A DNA stretch of 64,000 nt from Gammaproteobacteria bacterium (GCA_965238225.1 OZ250183.1:1120001-1184000), one strand, 5' to 3'; positions 1 through 11,568 are shown, numbered from the stretch's first letter. The notes: a model not told the origin generated them from the sequence alone. Numbers and translations: made by a program.

Positions 1-77
1 TAAATGCCATTCGACATCCAGTAACGTATTAATGCGCCCGTGGCACCGCCTGCCGCTATACAAACTAGTTGATTCAC
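1..77 (-). CDS. crcB: Fluoride efflux channel CrcB/Fluc, N-terminus only (runs off the window edge)
   Basis: Reverse complement from GTG at 77 reads MNQLVCIAAGGATGALIRYWMSNGI, with the GGxxGAxxRY CrcB motif. It lies directly downstream of rarA, its usual position. Confidence 0.85.
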   Translation of the reverse strand, partial: MNQLVCIAAGGATGALIRYWMSNGI

Positions 78-179
78 TGTTTGATATTCTTGCCTGAATC
101 TACGATAGATCCGTATTTTATATGATAAACAAGCTAATTGCTTTTTCTCAATTATTTATTCTTGATTATTCATTATGAG

Positions 180-1487
180 TTATTCATTTTGAGCTTCTTT
201 ATCAAGATTTCTCAATCTTGCCAATTTTTCAGCAATGTTGATTTCCAAGCCTCGCAAAACAGGTTCATAATAACGCTGCTCTTTCATGCCCTCCGGGAAA
301 TAATGCTCGCCTGCCGCATAGGCATCAGGTTCATTATGCGCGTAGCGATAATCCTTACCGTAATCTAATTCTTTCATGAGCGTAGTCGACGCATTACGCA
401 AATGCAACGGGACTTCATGTGAGGCACTACCTTTAACATCGCTCATGACAGTATTAAAGGCCTTGTAAACTGCATTACTTTTGGCTGCACAGGCCAAATA
501 GACAATTGCTTGAGCAATGGCTAACTCTCCTTCAGGAGACCCCAATCGCTCTTGGGTTTCCCAAGCATCCAAAGCAAGCCGCAGGCCGCGTGGGTCTGCA
601 TTGCCAATATCTTCAGAAGCCATGCGCACCACTCTTCGAGCAATATAAAGTGGGTCGCAACCCCCGTCTAGCATACGGGCATACCAATAAAGGGAAGCGT
701 CTGGCGATGAGCCTCTGACTGATTTATGTAGTGCGGATATTTGATCGTAAAAGGCTTCTCCACCTTTATCAAAACGACGCACACCGCCGCCGCTTAATAC
801 TTCTTCAATCAATTCATCATTGATGATATTTTCTGTCGACAGATCAGATGCAATTTCTAATAGATTTAATGCTCTGCGCGCATCACCATCAGCAATTTCT
901 GCTAATTTTTGCATTGCAGAATTTTCAAGTGTTAGGTCTTTAGCTTTTAAACCTCTATCTTCATCCGTTAACGCCTGTTGTAATATATTTTTAATATCAT
1001 CTATTTCCAATGACCTTAAAATATAAACTCGTAGGCGTGACAGCAGTGCATTGTTTAACTCAAAGGATGGGTTTTCTGTTGTAGCACCAATGAATGTCAC
1101 CGTGCCATCTTCTACAAAGGGTAGGAAAGCATCTTGTTGTGATTTATTAAAACGATGCACTTCATCGACAAATAATATCGTATCTTTTTTATAGGCTTCG
1201 CGATATTGTTTTGCCTGTTCGATGGCCGCGCGGATATCTTTTACACCACTCAATACTGCTGAAAGCGGTATAAATTGTGCGTCACAGGAGTTGGCAATAA
1301 TTTTAGCCAATGTTGTCTTGCCTGTCCCGGGAGGTCCCCAAAATACCACAGAATGTAGATGTCCATTTTCTATGGCAACGCGTAAAGGTTTTGTCGGGGC
1401 TAGAATATGTTGTTGGCCAGCATATTCATTAACCGAACGTGGACGCATACGGTCTGCGAGTGGATGATAATCTAGGCTTGCAGTCAT
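180..1487 (-). CDS. rarA: Replication-associated recombination protein A (AAA+ ATPase)
   Basis: PLADRMRP N-terminus, Walker A GPPGTGKT, DEVHRFNKSQQD, GATTENPSF, SEDIGNADP. Confidence 0.97.
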   Translation of the reverse strand: MTASLDYHPLADRMRPRSVNEYAGQQHILAPTKPLRVAIENGHLHSVVFWGPPGTGKTTLAKIIANSCDAQFIPLSAVLSGVKDIRAAIEQAKQYREAYKKDTILFVDEVHRFNKSQQDAFLPFVEDGTVTFIGATTENPSFELNNALLSRLRVYILRSLEIDDIKNILQQALTDEDRGLKAKDLTLENSAMQKLAEIADGDARRALNLLEIASDLSTENIINDELIEEVLSGGGVRRFDKGGEAFYDQISALHKSVRGSSPDASLYWYARMLDGGCDPLYIARRVVRMASEDIGNADPRGLRLALDAWETQERLGSPEGELAIAQAIVYLACAAKSNAVYKAFNTVMSDVKGSASHEVPLHLRNASTTLMKELDYGKDYRYAHNEPDAYAAGEHYFPEGMKEQRYYEPVLRGLEINIAEKLARLRNLDKEAQNE

Positions 1488-1491
1488 TTTC

Positions 1492-1812
1492 TTATGTAAT
1501 CACCTTGCCCCGCAGATCATGATCTCCCAGTGCTTTAAGAGCTTTTGGGTGTGTGTTTCGACTTTCATTTTCGTGCACACCAAAACAACCGGCAACAATC
1601 GCTTTGCCGTTTTCATTAATGGCATCACCAATAGTTTCAAAGGGTTCATCGCCAGTGCTGTCGATAAAGCCGCAAGCATTAACAACAACCACATCCGCGC
1701 CTTTGTATGAATTTATAATCTCATAGCCATTAATGCGTAGTTGCGTGAGGATTCGCTTAGAATCTACCAATGCTTTTGGACAACCAAGGCTTATAAAACC
1801 AATTTTTGACAC
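1492..1812 (-). pseudogene. rimO: Truncated RimO (N-terminal UPF0004 domain only)
   Basis: [11 protein letters not shown]...VNACGFID...GC matches the RimO N-terminus. The ORF stops at 106 aa, 4 bp before rarA, with no radical-SAM or TRAM domain. Confidence 0.85.
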
Positions 1813-1959
1813 AAAACTATCCTAGTTCGTGATGAATGCTGTTCGTGAAGTGACACATTCTACTGGAGAGCTTGTGCTGTGGCGAAATAATTACCAATAC
1901 AATTATTGATTCAACAGAAAAATATCTATACTCTGCCAACTCCTGTGACATTAAGCTAC

Positions 1960-2035
1960 GCCGGATTAGCTCAGTTGGTAGAGCACCCGCCTTGTAAGCG
2001 GAAGGTCGAGAGTTCAAATCCCTCATCCGGCACCA
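1960..2035 (+). tRNA. tRNA-Thr(TGT)
   Basis: 76-nt cloverleaf with GCCGGAT/ATCCGGC acceptor stem, anticodon loop CTTGTAA, TTCAAAT T-loop and encoded CCA. Confidence 0.95.
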
Positions 2036-2108
2036 CTAATATTTTTAATCAAAAATATCAAAATAGTAACAATAATTAAAAGTTGTGTTTGCTGCATGTC
2101 TTTGCAAT

Positions 2109-3896
2109 TCACTGGGAAAATAAATAAGTAGCAGTTTGGTAAAAAATGAAACTGCTTAGCCATGCCAAAAATAATGGCCATGCCACTGCGATTGCAGTGA
2201 ATGACCAGCTTTTGGATTCTTGCTTTAAAACAGCAACGGTTGACAAGCAAGGTGTATAGATTAAAACAAAAAGCATAAAGCTATAGGCTTGTATCCATGT
2301 TGTCGTTTCTGCAACGACACCAGCAAGACTGTCTGGATCAACTGCATAAATTACAGCCATTGCACCCAAAACAATTTCTTTTGCAACAAACCCAAAAATC
2401 AACACCACGGTCATAAGCTTATCCAAGCCTAACGGTTCAAATATCGGTGCAAATAATTCAGCTATCTTTCCGGCTAATGTTTCGCTGCTTGCTGGAACAG
2501 CATCAAAAGGATAATGTGTCAAAAACCAAACAAGCACGACCCCTAATAAAATATAACTGCTCGCTTCTTTAATGAAATACCAGATTTCTCTCCAGGCATG
2601 CAGCAACATTTGTCGCCCGGTAGGAAAACGATAAGGGGGCAGCTCTAACAAGAACGGCTCATTATTTGATGATCTATTTCTATAAAGTGCTGCCGTTAAA
2701 AAGGCAGCACCAAAGCTCGCGACATACAAAGTAAATAAAACTAATGGTGCAGCTTGCGGGCTGAATATCGCTGTAGTGAGAAATACAAATACCTGTAACC
2801 GTGCAGAACATAATGAAAAAGGAATGATCATCATTGTTAAAAGACGTAAACCCCGAGAACGCATCACACGAGTTCCCATTAAGGCAGGCACATTACATCC
2901 AAAACCCATAAGCTGCATAACAAACGAACGTCCATCTAAGCCCATTTTTGACATAAAAGCATCCATAAGAAAGGCAGCTCGAGCCAGATAGCCAGAATCT
3001 TCAACGACGGCCATACATAAAAAGAATAAGATAATAATCGGCAAGAAAGATAAAACAGTGCCAATACCATTATAAACACCTTCAAGTAAAAAACTTTGCA
3101 ACACAGGATGGACATTATCAAGGAAGAAAACCAGAACAGATTCTTGTAATACATTTAAAAGCCATGCAATACCATCTTGCAAGGGTGTGCCAATGGTGTA
3201 TACGATTTCAAACATCAACAGAATAGCTAAGAAAAATATGGGCAGTCCAAGCCATGGATGTAATAAAAACCTATCCAGTTTATCTGTCAAACTGTTAGAT
3301 AATTCAGTCGGTACATTGACACATTTGGAGATTAGACGGCCAAGCTTCTCTTCTAGCTTGTCATTATCAACAAATATTTCTATCTTTTTTGCAGAGGAAT
3401 TTTTTTGCTTACTTAAAGACGCTCTGATTAATTCTCTAGCTTCTTTTATTCCTTGACCAAATTTAGCACTCATCAAGGTAACCGGGATATCTAGTTCCAG
3501 AGATAACCGTTCCGTGTCTATTGTAATTCCATGTTGTCGCGCTTCATCATGCATGTTTAATAACAGCACCATGGGTAGATTTAATTCCTGCAACTGGAGT
3601 GCAAGCGCCAGTTGTCTTTCCATCTGTGATGCATTACCTACAACAACCAATAAATCTATATCTGTATTTTCAATAAAATGTCGAGCAACTTTTTCGTCTT
3701 CACTAAACCCGTGTAAATTATAGATACCAGGCAAATCAACTATTTCAACTATCTCTGCCCCTTCCATTATTTTTGCAGAAAGCAACTCGACGGTAATACC
3801 AGGCCAGTTGCCTATTTTTGCACTGGCACCTGTTAGCCTGTTAAAAAAAGTGGATTTCCCTGTGTTAGGCATCCCTAATAAGGCGATACGTCTCAT
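2109..3896 (-). CDS. feoB: Ferrous iron transporter B
   Basis: G1 GMPNTGKST, GNWPGITV, DLPG, EDSGYLARAAF, GFGCNVPA gate motif, LELPPY. Confidence 0.97.
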   Translation of the reverse strand: MRRIALLGMPNTGKSTFFNRLTGASAKIGNWPGITVELLSAKIMEGAEIVEIVDLPGIYNLHGFSEDEKVARHFIENTDIDLLVVVGNASQMERQLALALQLQELNLPMVLLLNMHDEARQHGITIDTERLSLELDIPVTLMSAKFGQGIKEARELIRASLSKQKNSSAKKIEIFVDNDKLEEKLGRLISKCVNVPTELSNSLTDKLDRFLLHPWLGLPIFFLAILLMFEIVYTIGTPLQDGIAWLLNVLQESVLVFFLDNVHPVLQSFLLEGVYNGIGTVLSFLPIIILFFLCMAVVEDSGYLARAAFLMDAFMSKMGLDGRSFVMQLMGFGCNVPALMGTRVMRSRGLRLLTMMIIPFSLCSARLQVFVFLTTAIFSPQAAPLVLFTLYVASFGAAFLTAALYRNRSSNNEPFLLELPPYRFPTGRQMLLHAWREIWYFIKEASSYILLGVVLVWFLTHYPFDAVPASSETLAGKIAELFAPIFEPLGLDKLMTVVLIFGFVAKEIVLGAMAVIYAVDPDSLAGVVAETTTWIQAYSFMLFVLIYTPCLSTVAVLKQESKSWSFTAIAVAWPLFLAWLSSFIFYQTATYLFSQ

Positions 3897-3993
3897 GAAT
3901 GAAGCCTGTTCATGTGCTTTTATAATGCTGCGGAAGGGTAAAACGATTTACGATGATAAAAAAATGAATATTGCAGATGAACTATTTGCTGGA

Positions 3994-4215
3994 TTACTTG
4001 GCAAGATCGATCAAATTCGCCTGTTCCGCTCTCATTAATATGTCTGTATGACCTGCGCGTATTTGCAAAGGTCCGCCCATGGAAGCTCGCCTGATGACGG
4101 CGACTTCCTGGCCTATACGTAGACCTAGACCCGTAATCCTAGCTTTAAGCGCTTCATCAGCGGTCACAGAAGCGATTTTTGCGATCTCACCTGCTTGTAA
4201 TAGATTTAAGGTCAT
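3994..4215 (-). CDS. feoA: Ferrous iron transport protein A
   Basis: 73-aa SH3-like protein (LGLRIG...GGPLQI) immediately upstream of feoB. Confidence 0.93.
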   Translation of the reverse strand: MTLNLLQAGEIAKIASVTADEALKARITGLGLRIGQEVAVIRRASMGGPLQIRAGHTDILMRAEQANLIDLAK

Positions 4216-4258
4216 GTCCAGCTTTTTCGACGATCTTTGGCAAATAGTAGAATGTATT

Positions 4259-4283
4259 AATAATGAGAATTACTATCATTCTC
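4259..4283. promoter_or_regulatory. Two overlapping Fur boxes upstream of feoA
   Basis: AATAATGAGAATTACTATC (+, 4259-4277) and GAGAATGATAGTAATTCTC (-, 4265-4283) each match 15/19 of GATAATGATAATCATTATC. They lie ~45 bp upstream of feoA. Confidence 0.8.
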
Positions 4284-4423
4284 GCATAGAACTAGAAACA
4301 GGTCAACAACCACCAGAGTAAAAGAAATATATTAATAATATATTTTAAAAAATATTTTTATATGCTTGATTTTATTATATATTTATTAGTTATAAGCTAT
4401 GCAAACCTAGTGAATATTGCAAG

Positions 4424-5497
4424 CTATTGAATATTTAAACCCAATGGATCAGAAGGTTCTACGGATTCCTTAAAAGGTTTGTGACGTCCAATATCTGTTA
4501 ATTGATAGACCTTGCCTATCCAACTATTAATGACCGTTTCTGCACTGTCATGCCACGTGTTATCGAGCAAAGGCGCGATTAAATCTTCAGGAAAAGTTGG
4601 CGATTCCTGCTTATTTATTTGCGCATGAATGACCTTCTCGGCATATTCTTCAAGAATGGCGCGTGATTGCAATGAAAAATAATTTTCAGGCATTGACGGA
4701 TAATCATCTGTTTTAGATTGAATATATTTGCCTACTTCGCGTTTATATTCTTTTAATAAACTAATTGAATCATACTCAGGATGACCCTGGAAAAATACAA
4801 ATCGAAAGCCATCTTCACTAACAGCTATATGCACATCAGATTCTGTACTCTCAACCAATATCTTTAATTTGGCTTCTTCAAACTGATCTTTCCGTATTTC
4901 ATTAAATCTTGAGTGCGGCACATCAAAACGTGTATTCACCCCTGTAACCAAAGGGTGTTTTTTATTAGTCACTCGATGTGGATACACGCCCCATTTTTTT
5001 TCAGGTAAAAGACTCCGTTTTTGCCCATAACGAAATTGCAAAACAGTATGTGTTGCTAAACATGAGCATAAAGTCGAAGTAACATTTTCATAAGCCCAAT
5101 CAACAATTTTATTGAGCGGCTTCCAGAAGCATTGCTCAGATAATTCTGAGCCAGTAACATTGGCGCCTGTAATGATTAAGGCATCAAGCCCATCATTTTT
5201 AATTTGCTCAAAACTTTTATAATATTTATCTACACGCGCTTGCCCTTCTGAACTACGAACAAGCTCTTTTATCGTAAATGGATGTACATAAAACTGTGCA
5301 ATTTGATTGCTTTCACCTACCAATCTAAAAAATTGCCGTTCGGTCGCGGCCAAAGCTTTATCAGGCATCATATTCAAAAGGCCAATATGAAGCTCACGTA
5401 TATCTTGACGTTCTGCTTGCTTACGCGAAATCACAGTCCCGTCTTCTTGTCGAAGCTGATCAAAACTGGGCAATGTTGTATTGGCTACCAAAGGCAT
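4424..5497 (-). CDS. metA: Homoserine O-succinyltransferase (MetA family)
   Basis: IGLLNMMPD, DALIITGA, CSCLA nucleophile, PHSR, FQGHPEYD. Likely start is the ATG at 5497 (MPLVA). Confidence 0.93.
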   Translation of the reverse strand: MPLVANTTLPSFDQLRQEDGTVISRKQAERQDIRELHIGLLNMMPDKALAATERQFFRLVGESNQIAQFYVHPFTIKELVRSSEGQARVDKYYKSFEQIKNDGLDALIITGANVTGSELSEQCFWKPLNKIVDWAYENVTSTLCSCLATHTVLQFRYGQKRSLLPEKKWGVYPHRVTNKKHPLVTGVNTRFDVPHSRFNEIRKDQFEEAKLKILVESTESDVHIAVSEDGFRFVFFQGHPEYDSISLLKEYKREVGKYIQSKTDDYPSMPENYFSLQSRAILEEYAEKVIHAQINKQESPTFPEDLIAPLLDNTWHDSAETVINSWIGKVYQLTDIGRHKPFKESVEPSDPLGLNIQ

Positions 5498-5530
5498 CTT
5501 TAAATCCCTCAAAAAAATTTTATTATTTTA

Positions 5531-6367
5531 TTATTTAAGAATATTGCTAATAAGCTTTAAAAAATCACCTTCATTTTGTACCGCAGAAATTTCTTCAGTC
5601 GTAATGGTATAACCATATTGATTTGCAATTGCTTCATATCTTGGTACACGCGAATAAAATAATCGCGGAAATACCCATCGAACAAAATCATCTGGCTTTA
5701 TCAGTGCCACATATTCAAGATTTTTTTCCAACATATAAGCTGCCAATTGCTCATCCAAAAAAACTTCCCTATAATAAAGCGGTTTCGGTGAATTTTCAGC
5801 ACGTTTTATTAATTCTTGTTCATCATTTTTTGATGCCTTTATGTACAAAATTAGCGTGTTATCTGCTAATGCGCTAAGTGCTTCTGCATTATCAAGCTCA
5901 CAAAGACTGCCGCCAGCGTCATTAATAAAATGATCATAACCATAAACACAATGTGCTTTATGTATAAATTCTGGCACATCTTTCATAGCAGAAATCTCTG
6001 CGTGGTTATATAACTCCTGCCGATATTTAAATTCAGAGAGATTAACCCCTTCATCTTCAGGATTTCCTAATTTACCCAAAAAAGTTGAGACAGGATTGAG
6101 ATTATCCACAGTAATATTATTACGAAGATGTAAGGAGTCTGCGCGCATGAGATCTTTTAATAAAGGAATATGCATTAGTTTTTGTTTAATATTATCTAAA
6201 ATAGGCTCATTCAGATAACGTGTCCCAATACGATAATCACCTGAATAATGAAACCAGTGATGCTGACGTAACATACAGGCGAGACGCGTCTTCCCCACTC
6301 CAGACATACCGAGTAAGGTAACAGCTTTCTTATTCCACGCTTTAAATTCCTGACTATTTAGTTTCAC
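5531..6367 (-). CDS. Uncharacterised P-loop NTPase associated with metA
   Basis: Walker A GMSGVGKT, HYSGDYRIGTRYL, DAGGSLCE. Located 34 bp upstream of the metA start. Confidence 0.8.
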   Translation of the reverse strand: MKLNSQEFKAWNKKAVTLLGMSGVGKTRLACMLRQHHWFHYSGDYRIGTRYLNEPILDNIKQKLMHIPLLKDLMRADSLHLRNNITVDNLNPVSTFLGKLGNPEDEGVNLSEFKYRQELYNHAEISAMKDVPEFIHKAHCVYGYDHFINDAGGSLCELDNAEALSALADNTLILYIKASKNDEQELIKRAENSPKPLYYREVFLDEQLAAYMLEKNLEYVALIKPDDFVRWVFPRLFYSRVPRYEAIANQYGYTITTEEISAVQNEGDFLKLISNILK

Positions 6368-6461
6368 TGAAATATATCCATTAAATAAATTTCTTGTAGA
6401 TGCTACCTTAATATGGAGGATCGCATAAAGCAGAAAACAGCGTTAGTTTCCAAGCGCAAAT

Positions 6462-7082
6462 TTAGCTCCTGCTATCAATAATATCTACGCCCTGTGGTAA
6501 TTCAAAATTAAACATACTGTCATCTATTTTTTTATTAATAACCTCATCCGTAAAATCGATGCGTGTCACCTGACCAAGGTGATCAAATATCACCATCATG
6601 CCTAATTTATCTTCATCAAAACCAAGTCGAATACTCTTATATTGACTGTCTATATTTTTTGGCGTTAGCTCTACCCAATTAAATTGCTCAATATTCCCCA
6701 TATCAATAATAATAAAATGCTCATAAATATCTTTATAACTTCTAAAAATAGCAGCAGGTGTATTTTTTATAGATGATGAAACATCTTGAATAGTTACCTG
6801 TTCAATATCTTCATCATAAAACCATAATAATTTTCCGTTAGTGACAATCGTCTGTATGTAGGGGTGTTGATAATCCCAGCGAAACTTATCTGGCCGACTG
6901 AAAAATACTACGCCAGTAGAGCTTTCCAACTCTATGCCTTGATCATCTATCAAGGTTTGCTTGAACTTTGCTTCCAGTTTCTGTGTATTTTTTAAAAAAT
7001 GGTTAAGATAATTTCCATTACTACTTTCCGCATAGCTTGTTGATACAAATAACATCAATACAAATAGTGTCATTATTTTCAT
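6462..7082 (-). CDS. lolA: Outer membrane lipoprotein chaperone LolA
   Basis: Signal peptide, FKQT, RPDKFRWDY, LWFYDEDIEQVT; follows ftsK. Confidence 0.95.
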   Translation of the reverse strand: MKIMTLFVLMLFVSTSYAESSNGNYLNHFLKNTQKLEAKFKQTLIDDQGIELESSTGVVFFSRPDKFRWDYQHPYIQTIVTNGKLLWFYDEDIEQVTIQDVSSSIKNTPAAIFRSYKDIYEHFIIIDMGNIEQFNWVELTPKNIDSQYKSIRLGFDEDKLGMMVIFDHLGQVTRIDFTDEVINKKIDDSMFNFELPQGVDIIDSRS

Positions 7083-7103
7083 AGTAACGTTTAATTGATT
7101 ATA

Positions 7104-9416
7104 TTAATCAATCGACGGTGGTGCAGATGCCAATACTTCACGGCTTCCGTTAGAATTCATATGGCTCACCAAACCACTGCGTTCCATTGCTTCAATAATC
7201 CTTGCTGCGCGGTTGTATCCTACTCTCAAACGTCTTTGCACATAAGAGATAGAAGCCTTTCTGCTTTCAGTAATAATTTGCACGGCTTCGTCGTAGAGTG
7301 GATCTATTTCACCTGAAGCTGCATCAATTCCTGCGACAGGTTGCACTCCACCTTCTTCAGGGGGGTTGAGAACATCATCGTTATAGGAAGGCTCGCCTCT
7401 TGATTTTATATTCTGAACAACAGCATGTACTTCATGATCATCGACAAAGGCGCCATGTATTCTTTCCGGAATACTGGTACCTGCCGGAAGATAAAGCATA
7501 TCCCCATGCCCCAACAGTGTTTCTGCGCCCATTTGATCAAGAATGGTTCTTGAATCAACTTTTGATGAAACCTGAAAAGCGATACGGCTTGGAATATTTG
7601 CCTTAATCAAACCCGTTATTACATCAACCGACGGTCTTTGCGTTGCCAAAATCAAATGTATTCCTGCGGCTCTGGCCTTTTGCGCTAATCTTGCGATGAG
7701 TTCTTCAACTTTTTTACCTGTAGTCATGAGCATGTCCGCAAGCTCATCAACGATTACGACAATAAGAGGCAGGTTCTCTAAATAATGCACGGGATCATCT
7801 TCATTAACTGGTCGGTATGATGTATCTGGGATAGGCTCCTTGCGCTTATTTGCCTCCTCAATTTTACGATTGTAGCCAGCGATATTGCGCACACCTAATG
7901 AAGCCATTAATTTATAACGACGTTCCATTTCAGCAACACACCAACGTAAGGCATTTGATGCTTCTTTCATGTCTGTTACAACAGGTGCTAATAAATGAGG
8001 GATACCTTCATAGACAGAAAGTTCAAGCATCTTTGGATCGATCATGATCAAACGAATGTCTTTTGGTGTAGATTTATAAAGCAAGCTCAAAATCATCGCA
8101 TTCAAAGCAACAGATTTGCCAGAGCCTGTGGTACCAGCCACTAATAGATGTGGCATCTTAGCCATGTCTGCAACAACGGGTTGGCCGCTAATGTTTTTAC
8201 CAAGGCCAATCGTTAAGCTAGATTTCATTGCATCGTATTCTTTTGATTTGAAGATATCGCTGAGCGCAACCAATTCCCGATATTCATTCGGAATTTCCAC
8301 GCCTATAACAGATTTTCCAGGGATAACATCCACCACACGAACACTAACCACAGACAAAGAACGCGCTATATCCTTGGCTAGATTGATTATCTGATTACCT
8401 TTAATGCCAGGCGCAGGCTGTATTTCAAAACGTGTAATCACAGGTCCAGGCAAAACTTCTACGACTTGTGCTTCAATACCAAAGTCTTTTAGTTTAAGTT
8501 CTAGCTGTCGTGAAACAGCTTCAAGTGATTCACGAGAGTATTGTCCTTTAGGTTCTGGGGCTATATCAAGCAACTCCAGCGGTGGTAATGCAGTATCATC
8601 AGAAAGCTCAAATAAATTAACCTGTTTTTCTGTTTGCTCCCTGCTGCTTACCTCAAACTCGGAAATAATTGGTTCGATCTTGACTGGTGATCTACCTTCA
8701 CTTCTTTCTTTTTCAATCTCTAAAACAGCATCTCTTTCACGTTTGGCCTGTTTGCCTAGTTCGTGATCCTGTCTAAGCTCACGCTGACCTGAGATAAAAT
8801 CCAGTACCTTAAAAGTATAATGACCTGTAATATCCATGACCCACAACCATGAAAAATCCGTAAATAGTGTCACACCAACAAGAGACATTGTCAGCAGTAC
8901 AAGCGTGCTGCCTGTGTGTCCAAAATTTGAGGCAAGCAAAGTTCCAAACGAATCGCCAAGAATCCCGCCGCCAGCACCTTCAATTGCCAAAGGCAAGCCA
9001 TCGCCAACACGAAAATGCAAGCAAGCCAAGCCGCAGGTTCCAATGAGTGCTAATATAAATCCCACAACACGAATGGCATAGTGTTCATAATTTACATGCT
9101 TTTCATTTTGAATCGATCTAAAGATTCGCCATCCACTATAGGCCAAAATAAATGGAAAGGTATAGGCAAGATAGCCAAACAAATGTAATAGGAAATCAGC
9201 TACCCGTGCACCGATAATGCCAGTGTTATTCTGAATAATATCTACAGGGGGAGTGGAATGTGACCAGCCAGGGTCTTCTGGGGAGAAGCTAGAAAGCGCT
9301 ATAAATAATAATATAGAAACAGTAGCGATACATATGATACTGACCTCCCTAATATTTTTCAATATTTGGCTACTTAAGGGATTTCCTAGATTTTTTTTAC
9401 GTTTAGCTTGCATCAT
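7104..9416 (-). CDS. ftsK: DNA translocase FtsK
   Basis: N-terminal 4TM region, [26 protein letters not shown], gamma domain [10 protein letters not shown]. Confidence 0.98.
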   Translation of the reverse strand: MMQAKRKKNLGNPLSSQILKNIREVSIICIATVSILLFIALSSFSPEDPGWSHSTPPVDIIQNNTGIIGARVADFLLHLFGYLAYTFPFILAYSGWRIFRSIQNEKHVNYEHYAIRVVGFILALIGTCGLACLHFRVGDGLPLAIEGAGGGILGDSFGTLLASNFGHTGSTLVLLTMSLVGVTLFTDFSWLWVMDITGHYTFKVLDFISGQRELRQDHELGKQAKRERDAVLEIEKERSEGRSPVKIEPIISEFEVSSREQTEKQVNLFELSDDTALPPLELLDIAPEPKGQYSRESLEAVSRQLELKLKDFGIEAQVVEVLPGPVITRFEIQPAPGIKGNQIINLAKDIARSLSVVSVRVVDVIPGKSVIGVEIPNEYRELVALSDIFKSKEYDAMKSSLTIGLGKNISGQPVVADMAKMPHLLVAGTTGSGKSVALNAMILSLLYKSTPKDIRLIMIDPKMLELSVYEGIPHLLAPVVTDMKEASNALRWCVAEMERRYKLMASLGVRNIAGYNRKIEEANKRKEPIPDTSYRPVNEDDPVHYLENLPLIVVIVDELADMLMTTGKKVEELIARLAQKARAAGIHLILATQRPSVDVITGLIKANIPSRIAFQVSSKVDSRTILDQMGAETLLGHGDMLYLPAGTSIPERIHGAFVDDHEVHAVVQNIKSRGEPSYNDDVLNPPEEGGVQPVAGIDAASGEIDPLYDEAVQIITESRKASISYVQRRLRVGYNRAARIIEAMERSGLVSHMNSNGSREVLASAPPSID

Positions 9417-9614
9417 GAATTATTGCTTGTAATAAGATTAAACTTAATTAATTAAAAAATGCCCTATTATCATGTTTAATAAGAATTATTTCTATATTAA
9501 AACTCATTTTTCCTTAACTTCAAAAAGCCTATGTTAAGTATTTTGCCAGCCGCTATGGATTAACGTAACATGAGCACCCCTTTGTCTATCCTCTAATTTC
9601 CTAGTTCAGAATGA

Positions 9615-10571
<957 letters not shown>

Positions 10572-10734
10572 TTTTAAAAATATCACAAAATAATTGACAC
10601 AAAAGAAATCTAAATAACCATCAGATAGATCGAGCGCATGATGAAAACTGTGTTAATGACAAACATTGATCCTCCGCAAGTACTAATCTGCATTTCATGG
10701 TATATTGGGATGTCTACCAATAAAGAAGGGAATA

Positions 10735-11046
10735 ATGAAAATGCAGAATTCAATATCAGAAATTTTGAATAAAATCCCCAAAGAGAGAGTATTTGATAGT
10801 CACTATGTTATTTCTCAATTGATAAAATACCATTCTGATGTCTACCTCACCTTTGCGAGTGGCATAGAGGCGAGATCTAGGAAAACCCCTCTTGTCCATG
10901 GACACATTGGAAAAGAAATAGCCAAATTTGAAAAAGAAATAGCCAAATTTGTTGTATCAGGTAAAATTTCACGAATTACCAATAAGTCTCGGTCAGAAAA
11001 TATTCATGGCAATTCAAGCCCATGTACGGCATGGGAAAAGTTATAA
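10735..11046 (+). CDS. Hypothetical protein, probable integron gene cassette
   Basis: ATG after GAAGGG, stop 7 bp before an attC-like site, internal KEIAKF duplication. Confidence 0.65.
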   Translation: MKMQNSISEILNKIPKERVFDSHYVISQLIKYHSDVYLTFASGIEARSRKTPLVHGHIGKEIAKFEKEIAKFVVSGKISRITNKSRSENIHGNSSPCTAWEKL

Positions 11047-11053
11047 GGGAAAT

Positions 11054-11110
11054 TGCTAATAAATCATTCCACCTGACCGCTTACGCGTCGGCTGAATTCA
11101 AGCGTTAGGC
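11054..11110 (+). mobile_element. attC-like recombination site 1
   Basis: TGCTAAT AAATCATTCCACCTGACCGCTTACGCGTCGGCTGAATTCAAGC GTTAGGC has a GTTRRRY core and a degenerate inverse core, and closely resembles the short aadA-type attC. Confidence 0.75.
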
Positions 11111-11211
11111 GCGTAATTTCGACGCAATTATATTGCATTGTTTCAATTTATTGACAAACACCGTCATCGACAAATTACAGGTAACCGGATTTACTTAGAG
11201 GAAGGAAACGA

Positions 11212-11568
11212 ATAAAACAACTCATTTTAACACTGTGTTTACTGACCGGGTGTGCCCATACCCCGAACGACATTTTGACGAGAGGAAGCGTCACTGAAGG
11301 TGAAAGTAACCTTAGACCGGATTTACTGGCAAAATGTTTAATCAAGAATCACGAAGAGATTAGTGGCGAATCCTTTGCCGTGTTGAGTAGCTTCCCATCT
11401 AAGGGTGAACTGGAAGTTAATTTTCGTAATTCTGCCAGAGTGGTTGGTGTAGCTCGTATTCGTGCCGCTGAGAGCAGTTCAGAATATACTCTTTACTATC
11501 TCAATTGGCCAATGGTTCGTAGTTTACGCGACAGCACTTTGAAAGGTTGTATTAATGTTCAGCAATAA
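11212..11568 (+). pseudogene. Lipoprotein gene cassette with ATA in place of a start codon
   Basis: The in-frame extension of the 97-aa ORF reads (I)KQLILTLCLLTGC-AHTP (lipobox), preceded by GAGGAAGGA, and lies between two attC sites. Confidence 0.6.

Noticed and set aside
78-179. Fluoride riboswitch upstream of crcB
   Set aside because: No GGCGATGGxGTTCGCC-like motif; the spacer is AT-rich
10610-10660. Third attC (TAAC...GTTA with CATCA/TGATG) before cassette 1
   Set aside because: Too short, and the box spacing does not fit attC architecture
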